Of a stretch of DNA of 62,514 nt, positions 28,566 through 37,727 are shown piece after piece. Under the pieces are notes generated by a model. That model did not search any database, had not been told where the DNA came from, and saw nothing but the letters and a program-made list of their open reading frames with translations. The stretch lies in contig CAYMTV010000001.1 of assembly GCA_964393525.1 (NCBI GenBank), positions 82,178 through 144,691 of the forward strand, in the 5' to 3' direction. This stretch comes from an uncultured Gammaproteobacteria bacterium. GTDB taxonomy: Bacteria > Patescibacteriota > Microgenomatia > Daviesbacterales > UBA10151. The first letter of the stretch is position 1, and each line of letters opens with the position of its first letter. A program made the translations under genes and the position numbers.

Positions 28566-29629
28566 AAGCAATAATTCCTACCGGTGGGTCTGGAACCAGG
28601 ATGCGCCCCCTAACTTTTTCCACCAACAAACACTTTATTCCGGTGGCTAACAAGCCTCTGATTTTTTACCCCGTTGAGACAATTGCTGAATCCGGAATAA
28701 AAGAAATCTTAATTACTTATAGCCCTCAGTCTCTTGACTTCGTCAAACAAGTTTTGGGTGAAGGTGAAAAATGGGGAGTTAAGTTTACTTATGTCATGCA
28801 GGAAAAGCCCAAGGGGCTTGCTAATATTTTCCAGGTTTGTGAAGAAGAGCTTAAGGGAGAGTCTTTTGTTTTGCATTTGGGGGATAATATTTTTGTTGAT
28901 GGAATTTCCCAGTTTGTTGAGCATTTTGAAAAAGAAAAACCAAATGGTTTAGTTTCCATGGTTCACCATAAAGAAAACAAAAGAATGGGGGTACCATACT
29001 TTGATGATCATGGTCATCTTATTAAATATGTAGAAAAGCCCGAGAATCCGCCACACGATTTTGCCATCCCCGGACTTTACTTTTTTGACAACAATGTCTT
29101 TCGCTGTTTTAGACAAGATCCGATCCAGCCTTCGGAGAGAGGAGAGCTTGAGATAAGTCTGCCCTACCAATGGTTGATTGATCATGGGTACAGGGTAGAT
29201 GTTTTGGAGTATAAAGGAAAATGGCTTGATCCGGGGAAGTTTGATGACTGGATCGATGCTAATAAGTTTATTTTGGAAAAATTTAAGGACGGATTTTTGG
29301 AAAGCGAAATCCCCAGTTCAACTCATTTAAGAGGTTCAGTTTCGGTAGGAAAGAATTGTCAAATTATAAATTCAACAGTCGAAGGTCCGGTAAAAATTGC
29401 CGACGATGTCAGTATAATTGACAGTGTAATTGGGTCTTACACTTCAATTGATGAAGGTTGTCAAATTGAAGGAAGTGAAATAGAAAATAGTGTTTTGATG
29501 AAGGGTGTCAAAATTATTAAAGCACCAAAAAAGATCAGTACAAGTTTAATTGGGACTGATTCAGAAGTAATAAAAAGCGATAAAGATATAAATTTATTTG
29601 TCGGCGAAAAAAGCCTGATTGAAGTATGA
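28562..29629 (+). CDS. rmlA: Glucose-1-phosphate thymidylyltransferase, long form
   Basis: GGSGTRMRPLT, PSERGELEI, WLDPG; C-terminal beta-helix-like extension. Confidence 0.9.
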   Translation: MKAIIPTGGSGTRMRPLTFSTNKHFIPVANKPLIFYPVETIAESGIKEILITYSPQSLDFVKQVLGEGEKWGVKFTYVMQEKPKGLANIFQVCEEELKGESFVLHLGDNIFVDGISQFVEHFEKEKPNGLVSMVHHKENKRMGVPYFDDHGHLIKYVEKPENPPHDFAIPGLYFFDNNVFRCFRQDPIQPSERGELEISLPYQWLIDHGYRVDVLEYKGKWLDPGKFDDWIDANKFILEKFKDGFLESEIPSSTHLRGSVSVGKNCQIINSTVEGPVKIADDVSIIDSVIGSYTSIDEGCQIEGSEIENSVLMKGVKIIKAPKKISTSLIGTDSEVIKSDKDINLFVGEKSLIEV

Positions 29630-30633
29630 AATTATTAGTAACCGGAGGAGCAGGATTTATTGGCTCCAACTTTATTCACTATTGGTTAAAGAATCATCCG
29701 GAGGATGAGGTGGTTAACCTGGATAAATTAACCTACGCCGGACACATTGAAAGTCTTAAAGACATAGAAAATAATCCTAAGTACCAATTTATCAAAGGGG
29801 ATATATGTGATCCCGAGATCGTCAAACAGGCTACTTTAGGGGTGGATATTGTTGTTCATTTTGCTGCGGAATCACATGTTGATAGGTCAATTATTGATCC
29901 TCTAATTTTTGTCAAAACCAATGTTTTGGGTACAGCCACACTACTTGAAGCAGCCCTAAATGCAAAAGTCAAAAGGTTTCACCATGTTTCAACAGATGAG
30001 GTTTACGGATCTTTGGATTTAAATGATCCGCCTTTTACACCGGATACCCCATATAACCCAAAAACCCCATATTCTGCATCCAAAGCCGGCTCAGATCATC
30101 TGGTGCGGGCTTATTTTAGAACTTATGATTTACCGATAACGATTTCAAACTGCGCTAATAACTTTGGACCCTACCATGACCCGGAAAAATTAATCCCAAG
30201 ATTTATAACTAATCTTTTAGAGGGCAAAAAAGTTCCCTTGATGGGAAAAGGAGAAAACATTAGGGAGTGGCTTTATGTTGAAGATCATGCCCGGGCTATC
30301 GACCTGATATTGGAAAAAGGTACTCCAGGAGAAACATACTTAATTGAAGGAGAAGAAAAAACCAATTTAGAGGTGACTAAAAAGATTTTGGAAATTTTGG
30401 GGATGGATGAGTCATATATAGAATATGTTGAACATAGACTGGAACATGATTTCCGCTATGCCAATGATGGAACTAAACTTATGGAATTGGGCTGGAAAAG
30501 AGAAAAAAGTTTTGATGAAGAACTTAAAAATACAATTGAATGGTATAAAACAAACGCATGGTGGTGGAAACCGCTAAAAGAAAATCGTCCGAATGTAGAC
30601 CGTTCTGCTCAGGAGGAAAGAAAGTATGAATGA
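29626..30633 (+). CDS. rmlB: dTDP-glucose 4,6-dehydratase
   Basis: GGAGFIGSNF, AAESHVDRSI, STDEVYG, PYSASKA. Confidence 0.96.
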   Translation: MKLLVTGGAGFIGSNFIHYWLKNHPEDEVVNLDKLTYAGHIESLKDIENNPKYQFIKGDICDPEIVKQATLGVDIVVHFAAESHVDRSIIDPLIFVKTNVLGTATLLEAALNAKVKRFHHVSTDEVYGSLDLNDPPFTPDTPYNPKTPYSASKAGSDHLVRAYFRTYDLPITISNCANNFGPYHDPEKLIPRFITNLLEGKKVPLMGKGENIREWLYVEDHARAIDLILEKGTPGETYLIEGEEKTNLEVTKKILEILGMDESYIEYVEHRLEHDFRYANDGTKLMELGWKREKSFDEELKNTIEWYKTNAWWWKPLKENRPNVDRSAQEERKYE

Positions 30634-31165
30634 GAATGATTATATTGAGGAGACAGAGATAAATGGTGTGCTAATCATTAAAAGGCCCAAACATGGTGAT
30701 GACCGAGGATTTTTTAGGGAGACATTTAGAAGGAAGGATATTGAAGAAAAGTCAGGGTTTGAATTTAACCCGGTTCAGGCAAATCATTCAAGATCACAAA
30801 AAGGAGTATTGCGAGGAATTCATGTTGCTCCCTGGCACAAACTGACAACGGTAGTGCGAGGAGAGGTACAGCAGGTTGTAATAGATCTAAGAAAAGATTC
30901 TCCAACTTTTGGCAAATATGTCTCGGTGACTTTAGGAGAAAATAACTTCTCAAGCGTCTTTATCCCGGCAGGATGTGGTAACGCTTTTTTAACTTTGAGT
31001 GAAGTTGCAGATTATAGCTATATCACAAGCGGTTATTGGGAGCCAGGATTAGAAGTTGGCATAATTTACAACGATCCGGATTTAAATATTAAGTGGGGAG
31101 TTGAAAACCCGATTCTTTCCGAAAAAGATCTAAAAAACCCAAGCTTCAAAGAAGTTTTTCCTTAA
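30626..31165 (+). CDS. rmlC: dTDP-4-dehydrorhamnose 3,5-epimerase
   Basis: DDRGFFRE, VLRGIH, DLRKDSPTFG, DPDLNIKW, LSEKD. Confidence 0.93.
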   Translation: MNENDYIEETEINGVLIIKRPKHGDDRGFFRETFRRKDIEEKSGFEFNPVQANHSRSQKGVLRGIHVAPWHKLTTVVRGEVQQVVIDLRKDSPTFGKYVSVTLGENNFSSVFIPAGCGNAFLTLSEVADYSYITSGYWEPGLEVGIIYNDPDLNIKWGVENPILSEKDLKNPSFKEVFP

Positions 31166-31166
31166 T

Positions 31167-32057
31167 GTGATGCAAGACAAAAAACAAAAAGTACTTATTT
31201 ATGGCGGAACTGGGCTTATAGGTTCAAGGATTTTAGAGCTTTTATCCAATGATTTTGAGTTTATCGCTCCAACACACGAAGAAGTTGACCTTTCAAATTT
31301 TGAAGCTGTTTCGGAAAATATTGCAACAAGCAAACCTGATCAAATTGTTTATGCAGCAGGATTTACGAACGTTGATTTAGCTGAGGATGAAAAGGACAAA
31401 GTTTTTCTTTTGAATGCAGAGGTAGTTAGGGTAATCTCCGAAAGTGCGAATAATTTGAAAATCCCCTTACATTATCTATCAACCGATTATGTTTTTGACG
31501 GAACAAAAACCGATTCTCCCTATACTGAATCTGACGCACCAAACCCTTTATCCGTTTATGCTAAAAGCAAAAGAGAAGGAGAGCTTGTAGCTTTAGGAAC
31601 AAGCCCAAAAAATTCTGTCTTAAGACTGATTATGCCATATAGCGCAACTTACAAAAAAAAGCCCGATCTTGTAAGAACTTTTTTATCAAAATTAAGATCG
31701 GGTGAATCATTCCAAGTAGTTTCCAACCAAAATATTAATCCAATCTTTGTTGATGATTTTGTTTTTGGAGCCGCCGAAATTTTAAAAAGACATGCCTTTG
31801 GAATCTATCATCTGGCAGCTACAACCTATACAACACCCTTTGAGTTTGTAAAGCTTATTGCAAAGGAATTCGGGTTTGATTATCCTAGAGTTTCAGAAGC
31901 CAATTTTGAAGACTTTAGTAAGATAAGAAAAGCTCAAAGGCCGCAGCACTCATGGCTTAGTACCGATAAATTTAGAAAAGAAATTCACAAAGGTGTTTTA
32001 CACAGTCTCGAAGAGGGTATCCAAATCTTTAAAGGACAACTTGAGAAAGGAGTTTAA
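31167..32057 (+). CDS. rmlD: dTDP-4-dehydrorhamnose reductase
   Basis: GGTGLIG, TNVDLAE, STDYVFDG, PNPLSVYAKSK. Confidence 0.9.
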   Translation: MMQDKKQKVLIYGGTGLIGSRILELLSNDFEFIAPTHEEVDLSNFEAVSENIATSKPDQIVYAAGFTNVDLAEDEKDKVFLLNAEVVRVISESANNLKIPLHYLSTDYVFDGTKTDSPYTESDAPNPLSVYAKSKREGELVALGTSPKNSVLRLIMPYSATYKKKPDLVRTFLSKLRSGESFQVVSNQNINPIFVDDFVFGAAEILKRHAFGIYHLAATTYTTPFEFVKLIAKEFGFDYPRVSEANFEDFSKIRKAQRPQHSWLSTDKFRKEIHKGVLHSLEEGIQIFKGQLEKGV

Positions 32058-32998
32058 TGAAAATTTTTGTCACCGGTTCTGAAGGTTTTGTTGGACAACA
32101 TTTAGTTGATTTATTGAAAAAAGATCATTTTGTTATCGGCTTAAGCAGACAGGAAAAACTTGAACCCAAGGAAAATATTGAATACATAAACGGTGATATT
32201 TTGGATTCAAGTTTAATACCCCAAATTTTAGAAAAATATCGACCTGAGGCAATCATCCATCTGGCAGCGATTGCTGTTACCTGGTCCAAAGACTACGAAC
32301 AACTTTTCTCCATAAATTTTATGGGTACATTAAACATTTTTGAAAGCGTACTTAAAGTTAAAGAAAAATCTGACTATGACCCTAAAGTAATTTATGTTTC
32401 TACAGCCGATGTCTACGGAAAAACAACCAGTCCGGAAAATATCACCGAAGACGCACCTTTTTTTCCAATAAATCATTATGCCGTCAGTAAAGTTGCCGCC
32501 GACAGGTTAAGTTACCAGTACAGCCAGACCAAAAAATTAAAAGTAGCAATTGCCAGGCCCTTTAATCACGCGGGTCCGGTACAAAAAAAAGGATTTTTTG
32601 TACCTGATATGGCCTCACAAATCGCAGGTCTTGAGAAAAGCCCGGATAAAAATGAATTATTTGTTGGCAATCTGCAGTCACAAAAAGATTTTTTGGATGT
32701 TCGGGATGTAGTCAAAGCTTATAAGGCACTAATTGAATCTGATTTTAAAAGCGGCGAAGCTTACAATATAAGCTCCGGAAAAGCGATTAAATTTGAAGAT
32801 TTATTGAATACTTTACTTAAGCTTTCTTCGAAAAAAATTACGGTAAAGCAGGATCCCGAAAGGATGAGATCAAGTGAAATTCCTCTTCTTGTGGGCAATA
32901 ACACCAAGTTTACAAACCTGACCGGATGGCATCCTGAATACTCAATTGAACAAACTTTGGAAGATACATTAAATTACTGGCGTAGCTTAAAAGAGTAA
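32057..32998 (+). CDS. rmd: GDP-4-keto-6-deoxy-D-mannose reductase (Rmd-like SDR)
   Basis: YAVSKVAA, RPFNHAGP.Q, SQIA, VGNL...DFLDVRDVVKAY; next to gmd. Confidence 0.72.
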   Translation: MKIFVTGSEGFVGQHLVDLLKKDHFVIGLSRQEKLEPKENIEYINGDILDSSLIPQILEKYRPEAIIHLAAIAVTWSKDYEQLFSINFMGTLNIFESVLKVKEKSDYDPKVIYVSTADVYGKTTSPENITEDAPFFPINHYAVSKVAADRLSYQYSQTKKLKVAIARPFNHAGPVQKKGFFVPDMASQIAGLEKSPDKNELFVGNLQSQKDFLDVRDVVKAYKALIESDFKSGEAYNISSGKAIKFEDLLNTLLKLSSKKITVKQDPERMRSSEIPLLVGNNTKFTNLTGWHPEYSIEQTLEDTLNYWRSLKE

Positions 32999-33018
32999 GG
33001 ATCTGCTAGCAGAACCTT
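32997..33018. repeat. 22-bp near-perfect palindrome between rmd and gmd
   Basis: AAGG-A-TCTGCTAGCAGA-A-CCTT. Confidence 0.7.
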
Positions 33019-33083
33019 GCCTTTTTAAAACAAAATAAATAATAATAAGAAAGGTAGTTTCAAAAACGTAGACTTAATATCAT

Positions 33084-34109
33084 ATGTCGAAAAAAGCCTT
33101 AATCATTGGTGTTTCTTCGCAGGACGGATCTTACTTGGCGGACTTACTTTTATCTAAAGATTACGAGGTTATTGGAACTTTAAGAAGAAGTACTAGCTAC
33201 TCAAAAGAGAACATTGCCCATCTTTATGGCAAAATCATAATCGAAGCTGCTGATTTAATTGATTCGGAAAGCCTGGCACAGGTTATTAAAAAACATCAGC
33301 CCGATGAAGTTTACAACATTGCAGCTCAATCCATCCCGGCAGACAGCTGGACCCACCCTTTTTATACGGCCGAAGTAACCGGACTTGGGATAGTCCGAGT
33401 AATGGAGGCAGCTAAGCATTTTGTACCAGAAGCCAGGGTTTATCAAGCAACAAGCCGGGAGGTTTTTGGTAATATAGAAGCTGAGTCTGCTAATGAAAAT
33501 ACCCCCTTAGATGCCAATAACCCTTATGGTATTGCCAAAGCTTATGCCCATATGATGATGCGTTGCTATAGGGAGTCTTATAATATGTTTGCCTGCGGTG
33601 GGTTTTTGTTTAATCACGAAAGCCCAAGAAGAAGCCTTCATTTTGTTTCGAGAAAAATAACTGCTGCTGTGGCCTGTATTAAAAACAATGTCAAAAATCC
33701 TCCAATGAATGAAGCAGGAGAACCTTTGATTGACAAGGATGGTAAGGTTTATCTTGGTCTTTTAGATGCCAAAAGAGATTGGGGCTATGCCAAGGAGTAC
33801 GTGGAGGCAATGTGGCTAATGCTGCAGCAGAACAAACCTAAGGATTATGTTATTGGTACTAATACAACCTATACAGTTAAGGATTTATGTAAAATTGCCT
33901 TTGAGCATGTGGGTTTAAACTGGGAAGACCACGTTGTGAGTAATGAAAAATTTATGAGGCCTACAGAAATTAAGGAGCTGAAAGGTGATTATTCACTTGC
34001 TAAAAAAGAATTGGGTTGGGAGCCAAAAATATCTTTTAAGGAGTTGATTAGACTTATGGTCGACGCCGACCTTGAAAGATTTCACAACGACTTAAAAATC
34101 ATTGTCTAG
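33084..34109 (+). CDS. gmd: GDP-mannose 4,6-dehydratase
   Basis: QDGSYLA, PDEVYNIAAQS, FNHESPRR, AKRDWGYAKEYVEAMWLMLQ. Confidence 0.92.
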   Translation: MSKKALIIGVSSQDGSYLADLLLSKDYEVIGTLRRSTSYSKENIAHLYGKIIIEAADLIDSESLAQVIKKHQPDEVYNIAAQSIPADSWTHPFYTAEVTGLGIVRVMEAAKHFVPEARVYQATSREVFGNIEAESANENTPLDANNPYGIAKAYAHMMMRCYRESYNMFACGGFLFNHESPRRSLHFVSRKITAAVACIKNNVKNPPMNEAGEPLIDKDGKVYLGLLDAKRDWGYAKEYVEAMWLMLQQNKPKDYVIGTNTTYTVKDLCKIAFEHVGLNWEDHVVSNEKFMRPTEIKELKGDYSLAKKELGWEPKISFKELIRLMVDADLERFHNDLKIIV

Positions 34110-34126
34110 ATACTGCATTTTATCCA

Positions 34127-34155
34127 TTGCGCAAGATTAAATTATCAAATACAAT
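34127..34155 (+). promoter_or_regulatory. Sigma70-type promoter, near-leaderless
   Basis: TTGCGC-17 nt-TACAAT, then 9 nt to the ATG at 34165. Confidence 0.65.
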
Positions 34156-34164
34156 CGTTCCTGT

Positions 34165-35355
34165 ATGGAAAAAATTAAAAAGGTTGTAATCCTTTTGCCT
34201 ACATATAACGAAAAAGACAATATTGAAAAATTTGTTAAGGAAGTTTTGATTCAGGAAGCTAATTGCCCTGGCTGGAAATTCGAAATTTTGATTGTAGACA
34301 GCCACTCACCGGATGGAACGGGGGAGATTGCCAAAAAACTTGCCTCCAAAAACTCTAAAATCCATGTTTTGGAAGTGGGAAGAGGATTAGGTGTCGCACT
34401 AATAGAAGGGCATCAATACGCACTTAAACGGTTTAATCCGGATGCACTGGCTCAACTGGATGCGGATTCGCAGGTTGATGCAATTGTGTTGCCAAAATTG
34501 CTTAATGCTTTAGATGAAGGTTTCGATTTGGCGCTTGGTTCAAGATTTGTCCCGGGCGGCAAAAACCAGTTGTCTTTTTTAAGAAGAGTATTTAGCAAAG
34601 GAGCATCTTTAGTTTACAGGATTTTGGTTGGGCCTTTTAATATTAAGGAAGTAACAAATTCAGCCAGGGCTTTTACTCCCGAACTTTTTAAAAAAATCAA
34701 TTTAAGAAGACTACCCTGGAAGGAGCCAACCTTTATTATTCAACCGGCATTCTTAAATGAGGCAATAAGAGCCGGTGCAAAATATAAAGAGGTACCTCTA
34801 ACTTTCAAAGACCGGCTAGAAGGTTACTCGAAAAATAAAGTTTTTAACTACACCTATGATGTCATAACTTATTCAATAGATGCCAGATTGAATAAGTTGG
34901 GAATAAACTTTCCCTTTTTTTACTTTACCAGAAGAGCCAAAACTATCGTTAAATTTGGCCTGGTTGGGTTTACCGGAACGGTAGTGGATTTTTTCTTTTA
35001 CAAAGTTTTTATTAATAGTCTTGGATTTACACCTGCCACAGCCAAGGGAGTATCTGCTGAAATTGCGATACTCAACAATTTTTTACTAAATAATTTCTGG
35101 ACTTTTAGATACCGCAAGACAAAGACCAATATCTGGCAGAAGTTAGGTATCTTTAACCTTGTCAGCTTAGGGGGTTTGGTATTAGGTGTGCTAACTGTCA
35201 AGTTTTTACACTCAATTTATGGAGATGGTTTTGTTACAATCTTTGGGAAATCCATTGCTTTTAATAACTTTTATTTCTTCGCAACTATACCTCCAGTAAT
35301 GCTCTGGAATTTTACCGTTAATCATTTTATAACCTGGAGACACCGCGAGGATTAA
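34165..35355 (+). CDS. GT2 polyprenyl-phosphate sugar synthase fused to a GtrA-like domain
   Basis: LPTYNE, DSHSPDGT, QLDAD, GSRFVPGG; C-terminal VKFGLVG...D...NF..N..WTF (GtrA). Confidence 0.88.
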   Translation: MEKIKKVVILLPTYNEKDNIEKFVKEVLIQEANCPGWKFEILIVDSHSPDGTGEIAKKLASKNSKIHVLEVGRGLGVALIEGHQYALKRFNPDALAQLDADSQVDAIVLPKLLNALDEGFDLALGSRFVPGGKNQLSFLRRVFSKGASLVYRILVGPFNIKEVTNSARAFTPELFKKINLRRLPWKEPTFIIQPAFLNEAIRAGAKYKEVPLTFKDRLEGYSKNKVFNYTYDVITYSIDARLNKLGINFPFFYFTRRAKTIVKFGLVGFTGTVVDFFFYKVFINSLGFTPATAKGVSAEIAILNNFLLNNFWTFRYRKTKTNIWQKLGIFNLVSLGGLVLGVLTVKFLHSIYGDGFVTIFGKSIAFNNFYFFATIPPVMLWNFTVNHFITWRHRED

Positions 35356-35606
35356 GATTTTTTACCCTTCTTTTTCGGCTTTTCCCCTCTACCCTGAGCT
35401 ATTTTTCTAATTACCTCTGTTTCCTTTTGAACCAAATCAAGCATCTTTCCGCCTTGTTTTTTTATTTCCCCAATTATTTTCTCTGCCTTTTTCCTGTTTT
35501 TATCATCGGCCATTGCAATTGAACCTGCTGCAACTGCAGCTCCAATAGCAGCACCTATTAAACCTGCTGCGACAGCACCGACATCTCTCTTTTTATCCTC
35601 CGCCAT
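35352..35606 (-). CDS. Small YtxH-like protein
   Basis: Gly/Ala-rich TM plus charged helix; perfect SD GGAGGTGA 7 nt before the ATG at 35606. Confidence 0.65.
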   Translation of the reverse strand: MAEDKKRDVGAVAAGLIGAAIGAAVAAGSIAMADDKNRKKAEKIIGEIKKQGGKMLDLVQKETEVIRKIAQGRGEKPKKKGKKS

Positions 35607-35676
35607 ATTTATTTCACCTCCATCTATTGATGAGCTAATTTTAGGATTTTGCAATAAAAAATCAAGAGGCCTTCTT

Positions 35677-36513
35677 TTAAGTAAGTAGTAATAATCCTAA
35701 AATAGTAACTATAGAGCCAACGATCTTTCTTAATATGTTTTCTTTTTCCCTGAGGATGAAAATTCCCATCAAAACTGAAACAATCAGCATTCCCTGATAA
35801 ATTGCATTAGTAATGCTGGCTGAACCATGTTTTAAAGCGAATAAAAGTAAATACACTGAGATTACATTTACTGCAGTGGCAAAAATTTTTATTGGTAAAT
35901 CTTTTTTTAATGCTATAATAATTCTCGATTTAGTGTTTTTCATGTAAAGAGGAAATAAAAAGATTGACGGGAAAGCTGCAATAAACATCACTACAGGAAT
36001 TGAAGCAAAGTCAGTAAGCATCTTTAAGAAAATGACATTTAGGGCAATTATTACTGCCCCCAGATTGGCATAAATTGCTCCTTTATCCAAAAAGAAATGT
36101 TTGGGAGAAACTGCAATACTAAGCCCCAAAAATAAAACTAAAATTCCTAAATACTCCTGGCCCATCAGTCTTTCTCCTATAAAGAAAAATGCAAAGGCTG
36201 GTATCCAAATTGCCCTTGTTCTGGAAAGAATTGATGATATCGACAGATGGCTGTATGCATGCATTTTCATAATCATATAAATACCGGCAAATTCGGTAAG
36301 CCCAAGGAGAACAAAAAGGATAGCAGACTCATGGGTGACTACAATTTTAAAATCAAAAAGAGCCAGGAATAAAAAAATTACCGCTCTTGTAATTTCGAAA
36401 AACCAAGCAAAGGAAACCTCGTCTTGCTCATCTTTTAGATAAAACCTGCTTAAGAAGTTAAATAGATTAGAGGCAAGGCCGCCAAGTGCTGCATAGATGA
36501 TCCAAATCGGCAT
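35677..36513 (-). CDS. EamA/DMT family transporter
   Basis: 278 aa, about 10 TM in two repeats; FFFIGERL...G; ILREKE...KIVG. Confidence 0.85.
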   Translation of the reverse strand: MPIWIIYAALGGLASNLFNFLSRFYLKDEQDEVSFAWFFEITRAVIFLFLALFDFKIVVTHESAILFVLLGLTEFAGIYMIMKMHAYSHLSISSILSRTRAIWIPAFAFFFIGERLMGQEYLGILVLFLGLSIAVSPKHFFLDKGAIYANLGAVIIALNVIFLKMLTDFASIPVVMFIAAFPSIFLFPLYMKNTKSRIIIALKKDLPIKIFATAVNVISVYLLLFALKHGSASITNAIYQGMLIVSVLMGIFILREKENILRKIVGSIVTILGLLLLT

Positions 36514-36518
36514 AAAAA

Positions 36519-37679
36519 TCAGTTAAAAGTTTCTAAGTTAGGAATAGGAGCGGTATTAGAAAGTATGAAATTTTGGGCATATAGATAAATTGCTAAAACA
36601 ACTGTTAGAAGAACAATTCTGAATTCTTTTGATGTAAGAATTTTTTCAAAAGCAATTAATGCAAAAGGAAATATAGGGAGCACATATCTGCTAATATCTC
36701 TATGAGCCACAAACGCAGATGCGCTCATAAATGTAAAAACAAAAAAAGCTAGGGGATAAAGTTTTTGTTTTATAAGTAGAATTCCAGAGAGAAAGCCCAA
36801 AAGATAGATGTATACCACATCCTCAAGCCAAATATCGCCTACCCAATACTGCATCTTATTAAAAATTTGGTAGGGAGGAAAAAACAGGTGAATATTATCT
36901 CCGCTCTTAAAGTATGCAAAAAAATCTCCATAAGAGTAATTGAATAGCAGGAATACTCCCACTAAACCAGTTGGTATTAAAGAAAGAGGAAAGTATAAAC
37001 GAAGTTTTTCTACGAATAAAAAATTAAGCTTAAAATTGTTTCGATTTTTCCAAAGTAGATAGAGTGATAATGCAATAAAGAGTAAAATCCCTGGGGGTCT
37101 TGTGATTTGGGCAAAAAAACCAAAAATCCCTGTAAGTAAAATATCTGAAAATTTTTTGGATTCTTCAAACTTGAGAAAAAAGTAAAAAGCCATAATTACA
37201 AAAAAGATAAAAGTAGGCTCCGAAGACCCCACGCTATGCACAATAACCCAACGCGCAGGCAAAATGAGAAATATTAAAGAAAGCAAGAGGGGGTGATTTG
37301 TGAGTTTAAAATTTCTGACAAGAAAGTAAAACGCAACCAAGGATGCAAATGTAAAAATTAGAGAAACAAAAAGCATGGATTTTAAAAAACCCAGTATTGG
37401 TGCAAACAGTAAGATGAAAATTGAAAACCCGGGAAAATGTGATGCAAAATAGCCGGCAGGAAGTGACTGCGGTAAAGCCGCTATAAGGTCCGGATTATAA
37501 AAGGATTTGGCAATAATAATATACTCTAATCCGTCAAAATTTCGATAAATTGTATTAAAGCCTTCTGAAAAATCCAATCCAAAAAGATTAATTCTAAAAA
37601 TATGCGGAAGCCAAATTAAAAAGGTCAGGCCAATCAGGGAGGAAAATAAAATCAATAAGTCTTTGTAAGGTTTAGCCAT
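36519..37679 (-). CDS. PIG-V/mannosyltransferase-like GT-C protein
   Basis: NFDGLEYIIIA, HFPGFS, SSEPTF, RPPGILL, SRYVLPIFP. Confidence 0.7.
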   Translation of the reverse strand: MAKPYKDLLILFSSLIGLTFLIWLPHIFRINLFGLDFSEGFNTIYRNFDGLEYIIIAKSFYNPDLIAALPQSLPAGYFASHFPGFSIFILLFAPILGFLKSMLFVSLIFTFASLVAFYFLVRNFKLTNHPLLLSLIFLILPARWVIVHSVGSSEPTFIFFVIMAFYFFLKFEESKKFSDILLTGIFGFFAQITRPPGILLFIALSLYLLWKNRNNFKLNFLFVEKLRLYFPLSLIPTGLVGVFLLFNYSYGDFFAYFKSGDNIHLFFPPYQIFNKMQYWVGDIWLEDVVYIYLLGFLSGILLIKQKLYPLAFFVFTFMSASAFVAHRDISRYVLPIFPFALIAFEKILTSKEFRIVLLTVVLAIYLYAQNFILSNTAPIPNLETFN

Positions 37680-37727
37680 AATGCTTCTTACTACTAATCA
37701 AAGCTAAATTTATGTTAGCATATTAGC

